Below the pieces are notes generated by a model. The model made no database searches. It saw only the letters and a program-made list of their open reading frames with translations, and was not told where the DNA came from. The translations under genes and the position numbers were made by a program. DNA of 61,095 bases, filler included. It is 5 parts of 5 records of this genome, joined end to end, with 100 filler letters (N's around TTAATTAATTAA, not from the genome) between each part and the next. Parts side by side here need not be neighbours in the genome. Positions count along the whole stretch, not along the records: positions 1 to 12,439 come from SRR31156797_6664; 4 more parts are not named here. One strand, written 5' to 3'. Shown here piece after piece: positions 1 through 10,073 of this stretch (positions within the stretch are counted from its first letter, which is position 1; each line of letters opens with the position of its first letter).

Positions 1-1074
1 GATTTCATGGCTCATATTGGCAAGAAATTCACTCTTGGCCCGGCTGGCTTCTTCTGCTGCGTCACGAGCCTCACAAAGCTCTACCTCGCTACGCTTGCGC
101 TCGGTAATATCCTGACCTACCGCAAGTACACCAAGGGCACCGCCCTTGGCATCCAGCAGCCGGGAAAGGGACCATTGGATCATCCGTTCCTCGCCCCCTC
201 TGGCGACAACGTAGTTCTCCAGCAAACGCAGGGGATTGCCGGAAAGTACCGTAGCAAACTGGCGGTTATGGTCCGGCCAGAGCCTTTCAGGAACGAAAAG
301 TTCATAATAGTCCCGGCCCAGTACTTCATGGCGAGTTCTGCCGAAAAGCTGCTCAGCCATGCGGTTGAACTCAAGAATCTTCTTGTCCGGGGAGAGGAGA
401 ATAATCACGCTTTCAGCAGTCTTAACCAGAGACCGGAAACGATAGGCACTTTCCTTAAGTGCTTCTTCCACCTTCTTTCTGGTGGTGATGTCCTCAACAG
501 AGGCCACAACCTTCTTAATGCTGCCATCGTCTGAAATAATCGGGGAGGCGTTAATGGAAAGGAGTACCTTGCGTCCATCCAGCCAATGAATGGCGTGACG
601 GATATCAAGAACTGCATTACGAATTTTCATTACCCGATTGAAAGCCAGCCTTTCCTCCGGAAAAGGAGATCCATCATGAGCGGTAATTTTCCAGATAAGA
701 TCATTATGCTGTTTGCCGATAATCTCTTCACGCGCCACACCGTGCACCCGCGCAGCCTGATCATTAGCAAAGATAATTTTGCCATCATTATCCATGACCA
801 GAATTCCCATGGGGCTGGTTTCCATGATGCTACCCATGAGATCCCGCTCGCGCTGTAATTCAATCTCAACCCTCTTTCTCTTGTCTATGTTAAGATAAAG
901 AAAACCGATAAAGATAAGCAGCACTGTTATGATGATAGCCGCACCGAGGATAAGAATCCTGTCAAGATTACCGGACCCAAGCTCGGTAAGTGCAGCGGAC
1001 AGCCAACCTTCGGCAAAAATGTCCGTACATCCAGGCAGGAGCAACAATATGGAAAATAGTATTGTGCGCAGCAT
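1..1074 (-). CDS. Membrane-anchored PAS-domain sensor histidine kinase, 3'-truncated at window edge (absent from ORF track)
   Basis: Manual translation from ATG 1074: MLRTILFSILLLLPG..., then TM segment ILILGAAIIITVLLIFIGFLYL and a PAS-like region, ending in-frame at the H-box AKSEFLANMSHEI at position 1. Confidence 0.9.
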   Translation of the reverse strand, partial: MLRTILFSILLLLPGCTDIFAEGWLSAALTELGSGNLDRILILGAAIIITVLLIFIGFLYLNIDKRKRVEIELQRERDLMGSIMETSPMGILVMDNDGKIIFANDQAARVHGVAREEIIGKQHNDLIWKITAHDGSPFPEERLAFNRVMKIRNAVLDIRHAIHWLDGRKVLLSINASPIISDDGSIKKVVASVEDITTRKKVEEALKESAYRFRSLVKTAESVIILLSPDKKILEFNRMAEQLFGRTRHEVLGRDYYELFVPERLWPDHNRQFATVLSGNPLRLLENYVVARGGEERMIQWSLSRLLDAKGGALGVLAVGQDITERKRSEVELCEARDAAEEASRAKSEFLANMSHEI

Positions 1075-1205
1075 AGTTCTAAATCTGTATCTGTTATTTC
1101 CGTTTATCCGGTTAAAAGAATCGTATCAGCACAAGCAATAAACAGATCACATACATCATTATCGTTATTAATCACTCAGAGCAAGACCAGAAGTAACTTT
1201 ATTAA

Positions 1206-2243
1206 CTACAATATCCCCTTCAGGGTTAAACCCTTTATCAAGCCAAAGCATCCAGCCAGCATCATATCTCCGCCCGGAGAAGGAAACTCAACAGGATAGC
1301 CGTTCAAAAGGGCACGTCGGGGACCAAGCACATAAGTGGGAGCAAAGCCCTGCGCTTCTTCAGGTAATTCAAGGGTCAGACAACCGTGCCCCCAATCATC
1401 GAAAACATCCTGAAAACTAATCTGCCCCTGCCGAAACCGTTGTGAATCATCCCAGAGCTTTTCCGGGGTCATGTTTCCGGTATGATGTTCATAAACCCCG
1501 TAGACAGCCCCCTTGTAGAGCAGGAAAGACACCGTATGACTGTTGCCCACATTAATCAGACAAACACCCTGCCTATGGCTGTGTTCCATTATCTCATCCA
1601 CAAAAAGAGCACCAAGCACCGCTGCAGCACCGGTATCACTGACCGCACCACCGCCGATGCTGTCCTGCAATTCAGCCATGCGGGTAAACTCGTCCGGCAC
1701 AGTTTCAAAGACCAGACTTTCCGGACGTCCCCCGTTCTCCAACAACAAATGCTTCCAAAGATTGAAACGGCCGATACGGTTGCTCTTTCCGGGATGGTAG
1801 CCATGATCCTGAACCGATGCGGTCACGTAATCCGGATAATCCAGACCTGCGGCCTTAAAAAAAATCTTCCACCACCCGGCATCAAAATCAGCTAGAGGAA
1901 CTTCCGCACACCATTCCGGCTTTTCCTCGACAAGAATAATTCCGTTACTCTCCAGCCGGGACAGGTCGTCTCCAAGAGCCAAGGCAGCACGTGGATGAGC
2001 GTACACTTTGTATCCGGCCTCCATGTGAGGGTAGACAGATCTTCCAAATCCGCCGCCCATATTCCGCCCCGAAAGATAAATATCGCGTCCCTGCTCGGTC
2101 AATTCCTTGATCCGCGCTCCCACCACTCTGGCCGGAGAAGGTAGAACAAACTTGAAACAATTCTCAATCTCCACATCTTTAATATAATAAAGTACGTCCT
2201 GAGTCCCGCTACCGATATCCAGACTTAAAACAGTATTCTTCAC
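1206..2243 (-). CDS. DUF1786 family protein (actin-like/ASKHA ATPase-type motifs)
   Basis: LDIGSGTQD, VQDHG, INVGNSHT, VYEHHTG and PGGDMMLAGCFGL motifs; GTG start at 2243 after a GGAG RBS is preferred to the ORF-track start 2339. Confidence 0.8.
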   Translation of the reverse strand: MKNTVLSLDIGSGTQDVLYYIKDVEIENCFKFVLPSPARVVGARIKELTEQGRDIYLSGRNMGGGFGRSVYPHMEAGYKVYAHPRAALALGDDLSRLESNGIILVEEKPEWCAEVPLADFDAGWWKIFFKAAGLDYPDYVTASVQDHGYHPGKSNRIGRFNLWKHLLLENGGRPESLVFETVPDEFTRMAELQDSIGGGAVSDTGAAAVLGALFVDEIMEHSHRQGVCLINVGNSHTVSFLLYKGAVYGVYEHHTGNMTPEKLWDDSQRFRQGQISFQDVFDDWGHGCLTLELPEEAQGFAPTYVLGPRRALLNGYPVEFPSPGGDMMLAGCFGLIKGLTLKGIL

Positions 2244-2348
2244 TCCAACTCTCCATTTGTAACAGTAAAGATTGATAATTATGTTGCAGGCGGAAACAAT
2301 TTGCGTCAATTGAAAACAGAATATGTTAACCGCAACCACGCATCGACC

Positions 2349-3170
2349 ATGATAAAAATATTATTTTTCTCCACCCTGCTGCTGATTCTGCTGCCCCTGC
2401 CCCTTTTCCTCTTTGCCGCCCTTAGCAACAAGGCTGAAATACGCAAAAGGGGTGTCAGACAAGTATCCAAGGACATTGCCAGAGGCACGCTCTCAGCAGG
2501 GATAAGCCTGCTCATAGCCGTCTGCACCCGGCCCTTCTCCTTTTTATGCAACCTGCCGCTGATCAGGAAGAACGGGGACAACACGCCCATCCTCATGACT
2601 CACGGCCTGTACCACAACAAGGCTGCATGGCTGATCATGCGCTACCGCTTGAACCTTGCCGGATTCAGCAACCTACACACATGGCAATACAACAGCTTTA
2701 CTACATCCTATCCAGAACTGGTGCTGGAACTACGGGATATAATTTCAAAATTACACCAGGATTCAGGGAAAAAAGTTATCCTCACCGGACACAGCCTCGG
2801 CGGCCTGCTTTCCTGTGGATCAGCACAGGCCCCTGAAATTGAAAAGATATGCGCAGGAATCATAACCCTTGGAACACCGTACCGAGGCAGCATCCTGGCA
2901 TCCATTGCCATTGGAAGACTGGGGCGCAGCCTGCATCCGCAAAGCAGCCTATTCAAAGGGGATAATAAAATCGGCTATCCCCGGGATATTTCAAAAACCG
3001 CCATTACCTCCCCTACTGACGAACTGGTCCTGCCGTGGGGCAACCTTGATCCGGCATCAGGAGAGTGGGATATTCAACGAACCCATGCCATGGGACACGT
3101 AGCCATGCTTTACAGCAAACAGGTGGGAAAGATGATAGTTGAAGCAATCCGTAGAATCCAAAAAACATAA
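2349..3170 (+). CDS. Membrane-associated alpha/beta hydrolase (lipase/esterase-like)
   Basis: THGLY oxyanion motif, GHSLGG nucleophile elbow, TLGTPYRG, DELV, GHVAML; N-terminal hydrophobic segment. Confidence 0.85.
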   Translation: MIKILFFSTLLLILLPLPLFLFAALSNKAEIRKRGVRQVSKDIARGTLSAGISLLIAVCTRPFSFLCNLPLIRKNGDNTPILMTHGLYHNKAAWLIMRYRLNLAGFSNLHTWQYNSFTTSYPELVLELRDIISKLHQDSGKKVILTGHSLGGLLSCGSAQAPEIEKICAGIITLGTPYRGSILASIAIGRLGRSLHPQSSLFKGDNKIGYPRDISKTAITSPTDELVLPWGNLDPASGEWDIQRTHAMGHVAMLYSKQVGKMIVEAIRRIQKT

Positions 3171-3203
3171 AAAAAGGGAGAACCATTACGGTTCTCCCTT
3201 TTT
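3171..3203. terminator. Bidirectional intrinsic terminator
   Basis: AAAAAGGGAGAACC-attac-GGTTCTCCCTTTTT between convergent genes. Confidence 0.85.
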
Positions 3204-3218
3204 AGGGTTCTTTACTTT

Positions 3219-4808
3219 CTAAGAAACGTATTCAGCAATCTTGGCTTTGAGCTGATCAGCTGTGAACGGCTTGGTGATAAAATCGTTCACCCCGGTTTTA
3301 CGAGCCAATTCCTGCTGGGAATATTCTGATTCAGTGGTGACCATGATCACTGGAATATCCGCATAACCGTCAATCTGGCGGAGCTTGGAAACAAATTCCA
3401 TTCCATCCATAACCGGCATGTTCATATCGGTGATAATCACGTCGAATTCTTCACTTAGTTCAATATGGGAATAGGCTTCCTGACCGTTTTCAGCAACAGT
3501 TGGTTCATACCCGCCACTGGTCAGAATGCTGCGATAAAGGGCAAGCATGGATTTTGAATCATCCACAGCCAGAGCCTTCTTACCTCCGGCTACAACAGCC
3601 TCAGGCAATCTGGCCATATCAGCCTCAGCTTCTTCTCCGCCAATCTCGGAAAGCTTGTCCCGAAAAGCGTCATGCACTTCGGAGTCCTTGGAAGCTGCCA
3701 CGGCGTTCATCAAAAAACGGCCGATCTTGCCTTCAGCGTACAATGCCTGAAAGACATTCACAGCCTTGGCTGTAACAATGGCCCGTAAAATTTTCCCGGC
3801 CTTACTGCCGCCCTGACCTACTATTTCCACCAGCTTTTTGGTCACACCGGGGTTAACCAGTCCGTTAAGGCCAGTCATGACCGCCACAGTGATCAGCTCA
3901 TCATCGTCTTCCAGACCATCGATGAGGCTGATCACACCCTTCATGGTGCCGATCCTGCCAATAGCTTCATAAATTGCGTATTTTACACTTGAGTCTGTGG
4001 AATATTCCTTCTCAATGGCATCCATGAGCACATCAAGAGCTTCCTTGTCCCCGATGAAACCAAGTACGTTGGCAGCGAGAATCAGGTCGTCTTTAGCAGT
4101 ATCCGGACTGATTATCTTGTTCAGGCAAGGCACAGCCCTGCTACCCAGAACGGTTAACGAATCCGTCACTACCCGGCGTACGGTGGGATTACGGTGATGC
4201 AGATTGGCGACTATAAAATCAAGGGCATCGTCGGTGCCAATGGCAGCAAGGCATTCAACTGCCTTCCATGTGGTCAGGTCGCAAACTTCGTACCGGTCAT
4301 CCTCATTGTTGCGCTCAACAATTCCCTTAAGAGAGGGAATGGACTGCTCATCCTTGAGTTCAGCGAGCATCTCAATAGACATGACCACGATCAGGTCATC
4401 GTCATTATTGATATTGGAGCGGAACAGCTCAAGGGATTCAGAGCCGCCTATTTTGGAAAGCGAGGTCAGGACCTCAAACAGAAAATCAGGATCAGCATTA
4501 TCATTTGCCATCTGCAAAAGGACAGGGACAGCACTTTTGAACTGGAATTCACCACAAACCCTGATACACAGAGTGCGTAGCTTACCTTCTTCCTTACCCA
4601 GAAGCTCAACCGTTTTTTGCTCATCAGCGGAGAGGACCCCGTTCAAGGCAGTTACAACCATATAATCAACAGAAGTATCTTCAAGCGGATTCTGAAACAG
4701 ATCCAGCAATCCTTCCAGCTCCACCGGATCTTTTGCAGTAGCGACTTCATTGAGAATGCTGATCTTATCCAAGAAAGATTTTTCTCTGAAACCGATTAAC
4801 ATAGACAT
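3219..4808 (-). CDS. HEAT-repeat protein with C-terminal CheY-like receiver domain
   Basis: Tandem helical HEAT-like repeats; receiver motifs ALAVDDS, ITDMNMPVMDG, MVTT, FITKPF. Confidence 0.9.
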   Translation of the reverse strand: MSMLIGFREKSFLDKISILNEVATAKDPVELEGLLDLFQNPLEDTSVDYMVVTALNGVLSADEQKTVELLGKEEGKLRTLCIRVCGEFQFKSAVPVLLQMANDNADPDFLFEVLTSLSKIGGSESLELFRSNINNDDDLIVVMSIEMLAELKDEQSIPSLKGIVERNNEDDRYEVCDLTTWKAVECLAAIGTDDALDFIVANLHHRNPTVRRVVTDSLTVLGSRAVPCLNKIISPDTAKDDLILAANVLGFIGDKEALDVLMDAIEKEYSTDSSVKYAIYEAIGRIGTMKGVISLIDGLEDDDELITVAVMTGLNGLVNPGVTKKLVEIVGQGGSKAGKILRAIVTAKAVNVFQALYAEGKIGRFLMNAVAASKDSEVHDAFRDKLSEIGGEEAEADMARLPEAVVAGGKKALAVDDSKSMLALYRSILTSGGYEPTVAENGQEAYSHIELSEEFDVIITDMNMPVMDGMEFVSKLRQIDGYADIPVIMVTTESEYSQQELARKTGVNDFITKPFTADQLKAKIAEYVS

Positions 4809-4842
4809 ATTGCTATCTCTCTTTTTTCAATGGGACTTTGTT

Positions 4843-5301
4843 CTATTCAAAACAGAATTCAATGGTAAAATCCCCGGCATCGGTTGTGAAGGGGATAGCC
4901 ATAATAGGAGTATTGGCAATGTGGGTTATACTGTGATTGTCTCCCATAATTACCGAAGGAGTGGCCCCGGAAAAAATCAAACCCTGTTCAGCAAGACCTG
5001 CTCTGGCCTGACCGGAAACCATATTAGTAATCTCACCAACAGCATCCTGAACATCCTGCAAGATATCCTGAACATCATCACCAAGCATATTCTTCACAAT
5101 GGTTACCGCACAATTCTTTGTAAAAGTAATTGAGATGGTACCATTCATATCACCGGTAATACCGACCAGACCGGTAACATCCCCCACTGCGGTCTTGGTT
5201 TTCTTTACATAAGGTTTTCCGGGCTTAGGAGTGATCATGGCCATCATTGACAGCACATCCACTGCAGCCTTGATAAACGGCTTAGCAAGTTCAACATTCA
5301 T
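4843..5301 (-). CDS. cheX: Chemotaxis phosphatase CheX
   Basis: MNVELAKPFIKAA start, DVTGLVGITG, catalytic DAVGEITNMVSG (E-x-x-N), PSVIMG. Confidence 0.9.
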   Translation of the reverse strand: MNVELAKPFIKAAVDVLSMMAMITPKPGKPYVKKTKTAVGDVTGLVGITGDMNGTISITFTKNCAVTIVKNMLGDDVQDILQDVQDAVGEITNMVSGQARAGLAEQGLIFSGATPSVIMGDNHSITHIANTPIMAIPFTTDAGDFTIEFCFE

Positions 5302-5527
5302 ATAGACATTCCCTACATCAGAAGTTTTCTCCAAGAGCAGGATCACCTTCAGTTCACGGTCTTTTCCTACTTAGAACACAATTTCAAAGATACTAACTTC
5401 AAAAACAGAAAGGTTCAAGGGACATGATTAAAATCCGACAACAAAATCTATCAGCATTGCAGCCCAGCCTCGGATAATGTAATCCATATAAATATTTCAA
5501 ATACTCTGCTTACAAAGGATAATTAAA

Positions 5528-6769
5528 ATGCTTCAAAGCTTGGCCGGACTGTTCGGTTTGGTATTCATTGCCTGGCTATTCAGTGAAAACAGAAAAGGAC
5601 TCAGCCTGAAAAACATCCTCACCGGGATGATTCTTCAATTTGCTGTAGCTGCACTCATGTTAAAAGTCCCCTTTTTCAGTGACCTGATCATGTATTTAAA
5701 CCATGCTGTGGATGCTCTGCAGCAGGCCACACAAGCAGGAACAAGCTTTATATTCGGATATCTGGGCGGCGGCCCGCTCCCATTTGCTGAGACGTCTCCG
5801 GGCGCAAGCTGGACCCTTGCTTTCCGGGCCCTACCGCTTATCCTTGTGGTCAGCGCTCTTTCCGCCCTGCTCTTCTACTGGCGAGTCATCCCTGTAGTGG
5901 TAAAAGGTTTTTCTCTGGCATTACAAAAAACCATGGACATAGGTGGAGCACTGGGGCTTGGTGTTGCTTCCAATATTTTCGTTGGTATGGTCGAAGCACC
6001 GATTATCATCGCCCCTTATGTCAACAACATGAGCCGCAGCGAACTCATGACTCTGATGATCAGTGGTATGGCTACCATCTCCGGCACAGTACTTGTGCTT
6101 TACGCCTCTATTTTGAACCCGGTCCTTCCCGGTGCCATCGGACATATTCTAACCGCCTCTATAATCAGTGCTCCGGCGGCAATCCTCGTTTCCCGAATCA
6201 TGGTTCCCGAACAAAAAGACCACCAAGGAGAAGACAGCCTTAAGATTAAAAGTACGGCTTCCAGCTCCATGGACGCCATAGTCAAAGGAACTTCCGATGG
6301 CGTCAGCCTGCTCATCAATGTGGTGGCAATGCTGCTTGTTCTTGTGGCACTGGTAGCTTTAACCAACCAGATTCTAGCCTTTCTCCCCGATTTTCAAAAC
6401 GAACCGCTGACCCTGCAGCGCATCTTAGGTATCATCATGTGGCCCGTAGTCTGGCTGATGGGTATTCCCGCAAGCGAGGCTTACGCTGCATCCTCGCTCA
6501 TGGGGACTAAAACCATCCTCAACGAATTCCTCGCCTACCTGCAATTGGCCGGACTTCCGGCAGGAACTTTGTCCCCACGATCAACCATTATCATGACCTA
6601 CGCCATGTGTGGCTTTGCCAACCTCGGCAGTCTTGGGATTCTTATCGGCGGCCTTGTAACCATCTCTCCATCCCGAAAAGACGAAATCGTGGGACTGGGC
6701 ACAAAGTCGGTAATCGGAGGAACTTTGGCTACCTGCATGACCGGAGCTGTGGTAGGACTGCTCTATTAG
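5528..6769 (+). CDS. nupC: NupC/CNT family nucleoside transporter
   Basis: NIFVGMVEAP, GMATISGTVL, KTILNEFLAY, YAMCGFANLGS motifs; multi-TM. Confidence 0.9.
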   Translation: MLQSLAGLFGLVFIAWLFSENRKGLSLKNILTGMILQFAVAALMLKVPFFSDLIMYLNHAVDALQQATQAGTSFIFGYLGGGPLPFAETSPGASWTLAFRALPLILVVSALSALLFYWRVIPVVVKGFSLALQKTMDIGGALGLGVASNIFVGMVEAPIIIAPYVNNMSRSELMTLMISGMATISGTVLVLYASILNPVLPGAIGHILTASIISAPAAILVSRIMVPEQKDHQGEDSLKIKSTASSSMDAIVKGTSDGVSLLINVVAMLLVLVALVALTNQILAFLPDFQNEPLTLQRILGIIMWPVVWLMGIPASEAYAASSLMGTKTILNEFLAYLQLAGLPAGTLSPRSTIIMTYAMCGFANLGSLGILIGGLVTISPSRKDEIVGLGTKSVIGGTLATCMTGAVVGLLY

Positions 6770-6795
6770 GTAGAAGAATAAGGAATCAAGCGGAC

Positions 6796-8544
6796 ATGTT
6801 CAAATCAGCCAACAATATCAGCCCTGCGGAACTGAAACACTTCCTGCATAAACGTGCCCCCTCGCGCAATGCCATACTCATTCTTGCGGCAATTGTTATC
6901 GGGGCCTGCTCTGCTTTGGCTGCCGTGGGTTTGAACAGGGCTCTTGATTTCCTGAGCATGCTGCGCAAAGAGAACTCCCAGCACTGGTGGATGTTCATGT
7001 TACCCGCAGTGGGGGCCGCATTTGCCGTTATCCTTAGTAAAAATGTCTTCAAGGAATCAGGCGGACACGGAGTCGGAGAGGTCATCGCCAAAGTCGGGCT
7101 GAAACAGGGAATCCTGCGGCCCATTTCAATCATCAGCTCACTTTTGACCAGTTTACTGACTATTGCCAGCGGCGGATCGGCCGGCCCGGAAGCCCCGGTT
7201 GTAGTCAGCGGCTCAGCCATGGGATCCAACCTGTCCCGGCTGTTTAAAATGAGTGGACAGTCCCGAATGACCCTAATCGGATGCGGTGCTGCCGGGTCCA
7301 TCTCGGCAATCTTCAATGCCCCGGTCACCGGGATGATCTTTGCTGTAGAAATCATTCTTGGAGAATGGACACCCTACCACCTCATCCCCATTGCCATCTC
7401 TTCGGTGGTCGCCACACAGACCTCGAGGATACTTGAAGGCAACGTCATCCCGTTCAGCGACCAATTCCCGCCCATGGGAGTTACCGATCTGGGAACATCC
7501 ATCCTGCTGGCAATACTGACCGCACTTGTTTCTGTATTTTTTGTTCGTTCCATCCGACAGGTAGGCTCAGTATGCTCCTCATTCACCAATAAACCCTGGA
7601 TCAAAGCAGCATGCGGCGGCCTGGTCGTGGGAATAATTGGAATATTCTTTCCGCTGGCCCTTGGTGAAGGCTACACTTCCATTAAAATGGCCATTCACGG
7701 CACGTTACCTGACGGGATCGCACTTATTGCCCTCATGGGAATGATCAGAATAGTCACCACATCCCTCACCCTTGGCAGTGGCGGATTGGGGGGAATATTT
7801 GCACCTTGCCTTGTAATCGGCTCACTCTTCGGCGCATTTTATTACCGGGTAATTTCTCAGATTGTTCCCCAACACATGCTCACAGGCGAGGCATCATACG
7901 CACTGCTGGGCATGGCCGGAGTAGTCAGCGGAGTGATGCAGGCACCGCTTACCAGCGTATTTCTGGTGCTGGAAATTACCAACGGTTATCAGGCGGTGAT
8001 GCACATCATGACCGTAACTTTCCTTTCATCCATGCTTACCCACGCCTTTGAGCCATCATCTTTCTACTTCAGGGATCTGGTGGAAAAAGGACAACTGCTG
8101 CGGCCCAAAACAGATGAAAAAATACTGGCAGACATTGATACAAGCCAGCTGGTTCACAACAAGCTGACCTATGCCTGCCCGCAAATGTCAGTCAGTGAAT
8201 TTTTGAAAGTACTGACCAGCACCAGCCAGACCCACATTCCCATTATCAACAGTGAAACGCAGGAATTCATGGGCATGGTGGATGTGGTTTCAGCGCGGTC
8301 CTCTATTCTTGATCCTGAGCAGCAACAAAGCAACATCGGGGAAGTAGCAATCGACCGAAATGCCCCTATCATAGAACAGGGCATGGGAGCGGCTGAAATT
8401 CTAGAAATAATGAACCGCAGCGGCAAGCGCACCCTTCCGGTAATGAAAGACGGCAGCTTCAACGGCTTTATCAGCAAGGAAGACATCCTCTCAGCATACC
8501 GGGGCGAAATGAAATCATACGGCAAAAGCGACAACCTTTTCTAA
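6796..8544 (+). CDS. ClC family chloride channel/transporter with C-terminal CBS pair
   Basis: GGSAGPEAP, FNAPVTG, GGIFAP, MQAPLT motifs, then two CBS-like domains; ATG 6796 chosen because the ORF-track start overlaps nupC. Confidence 0.9.
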   Translation: MFKSANNISPAELKHFLHKRAPSRNAILILAAIVIGACSALAAVGLNRALDFLSMLRKENSQHWWMFMLPAVGAAFAVILSKNVFKESGGHGVGEVIAKVGLKQGILRPISIISSLLTSLLTIASGGSAGPEAPVVVSGSAMGSNLSRLFKMSGQSRMTLIGCGAAGSISAIFNAPVTGMIFAVEIILGEWTPYHLIPIAISSVVATQTSRILEGNVIPFSDQFPPMGVTDLGTSILLAILTALVSVFFVRSIRQVGSVCSSFTNKPWIKAACGGLVVGIIGIFFPLALGEGYTSIKMAIHGTLPDGIALIALMGMIRIVTTSLTLGSGGLGGIFAPCLVIGSLFGAFYYRVISQIVPQHMLTGEASYALLGMAGVVSGVMQAPLTSVFLVLEITNGYQAVMHIMTVTFLSSMLTHAFEPSSFYFRDLVEKGQLLRPKTDEKILADIDTSQLVHNKLTYACPQMSVSEFLKVLTSTSQTHIPIINSETQEFMGMVDVVSARSSILDPEQQQSNIGEVAIDRNAPIIEQGMGAAEILEIMNRSGKRTLPVMKDGSFNGFISKEDILSAYRGEMKSYGKSDNLF

Positions 8545-8555
8545 ATACCGACAGG

Positions 8556-8735
8556 CTAATCCTTATTCTTTTTTCTTTCAGGTGATTTGGACTCATCATC
8601 CTGCACATACTTAGCCTTCACGATTGTATCCGCAACATGCCCCATTACCTTTGCCAGCTTACGTTTCAAATCCGGTTCCTCTTCCAATACCCTCTTTGAA
8701 ACACTCATAAATTTATCAGGTATTTTATCAGCCAT
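8556..8735 (-). CDS. Small basic hypothetical protein (59 aa)
   Basis: MADKIPDKF... preceded by AGGGG RBS; fills intergenic space. Confidence 0.55.
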   Translation of the reverse strand: MADKIPDKFMSVSKRVLEEEPDLKRKLAKVMGHVADTIVKAKYVQDDESKSPERKKNKD

Positions 8736-8947
8736 AAGTCCCCTGCAATTTCCCTCTCCATATACTCTGCAATGACATTCCAACAAGCATTAAACCACAC
8801 ATCGCTATCTGCAATCATGTAAAAACAAACGATAGATTAACAACAAATCAAAACGGGTATTTACATTTTAACCCCACTGTAATAATCTTCAATATCGTTT
8901 AATCTTTAGCACTTGGAAAGTGCTCTTTACTGAAAGGAATCAGTGCC

Positions 8948-10015
8948 ATGAATAATGATGTAGAAAGTCAGAATGCCGGAACTGAAGAATTCTTGCAAAT
9001 CAGTTTCAATATTTTAAATACATTTGGAAACAAACTACCTGTATCTCTATGTATACACGATGACGAATTCGAGCGCGTCGTTCCCCTTTTTGCCAAAGAC
9101 ACAAGACTTTCCAGTAAAAAACAGGAACAGGTCAACAACTATTGTAGCGCTGGCAACCTGTTCATATCCAAAGAAGATTACGCTTCACTTGCCGGACACA
9201 TCAGCCAGAACCTAGGTGCATTGCTTACTGAACATTTTCTGGATGAAGCAGCCGCCGCAGAAATTTTCTATGAGGGTGTGCTTGAAAAAGTACGAGCTTT
9301 TTACTCCAACCCCATCGGAGATACTTTAACCGAGCTGGGCACCGTTCTGGCTATTTTCTGTGAATATGTCTGGGTGGACCCCAACAGATGGACATACTTT
9401 TTCAATACCCTTAAGCGAGAAAAAGATCTCTGCTGCCATGCGGTGAACACACTTTTTGTCGGCACTTCCATTTATTTAAAGGTTCTCTACAAACCCGGAG
9501 AAAAAATGGAGCTTAAGCCTCTTGCTCTGGGATTGATCCTCCATGATCTGGGCATGACCCAGATTCCTTCAGCAGTAACTGAGAAACCAAGCAAACTGCT
9601 TTACAAAGAAAGAATGCGCATGCAGGAGCATGTAGATATTGCGGAAAAAATGCTAAACCGCCTTGAAATCAGGGATGACATCATTAAGGCGTGTGTGTTC
9701 GACCATCATGAGCGTTTGGACGGCAGCGGCTACCCCAAAGGACGCCGTGGAGATGCAATAACTCTAGAGGCAAAAGTCTGCGCAATCTCAGATGCCTTCT
9801 GCGGAATGATAGCTGACCGCCATCACAGACCCGGCCTAAACCCTATTCTCGCTGCCATCATCCTCACCGAAAGCAAAGCTAAATACGACACGAAGCTGAC
9901 CAGTTCATTAATATCATTCATCATATCCAACAACCCGGATATGAAAGCCCTGCTGCAAGACAAAGCAAAAATGCAACAGTTAAGGACCATCGCCCTGCAA
10001 AAAGCAGCTCAATAA
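8948..10015 (+). CDS. HD-GYP domain protein (c-di-GMP phosphodiesterase-like)
   Basis: HAVN, HDLG, EH, HHERLDGSGYPKG, AISDAF motifs. Confidence 0.88.
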   Translation: MNNDVESQNAGTEEFLQISFNILNTFGNKLPVSLCIHDDEFERVVPLFAKDTRLSSKKQEQVNNYCSAGNLFISKEDYASLAGHISQNLGALLTEHFLDEAAAAEIFYEGVLEKVRAFYSNPIGDTLTELGTVLAIFCEYVWVDPNRWTYFFNTLKREKDLCCHAVNTLFVGTSIYLKVLYKPGEKMELKPLALGLILHDLGMTQIPSAVTEKPSKLLYKERMRMQEHVDIAEKMLNRLEIRDDIIKACVFDHHERLDGSGYPKGRRGDAITLEAKVCAISDAFCGMIADRHHRPGLNPILAAIILTESKAKYDTKLTSSLISFIISNNPDMKALLQDKAKMQQLRTIALQKAAQ

Positions 10016-10019
10016 AACA

Positions 10020-10050
10020 AAGGCCGGAGTGATAATTTCACCCCGGCCTT
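10020..10050. terminator. Probable bidirectional terminator hairpin
   Basis: AAGGCCGG-agtgataatttcacc-CCGGCCTT between convergent genes. Confidence 0.65.
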
Positions 10051-10073
10051 AAATTTTATATAAGCATTAAAGT

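Noticed and set aside
7-534. 175-aa + strand ORF (MAHIGKKFTLG...)
   Set aside because: Antisense shadow of the minus-strand histidine kinase H-box region
8906-8926. TTAGCACTT-GGA-AAGTGCTCT as a CIRCE (HrcA) element
   Set aside because: Spacer is 3 nt rather than 9 and the downstream gene is not a chaperone; just a small leader hairpin
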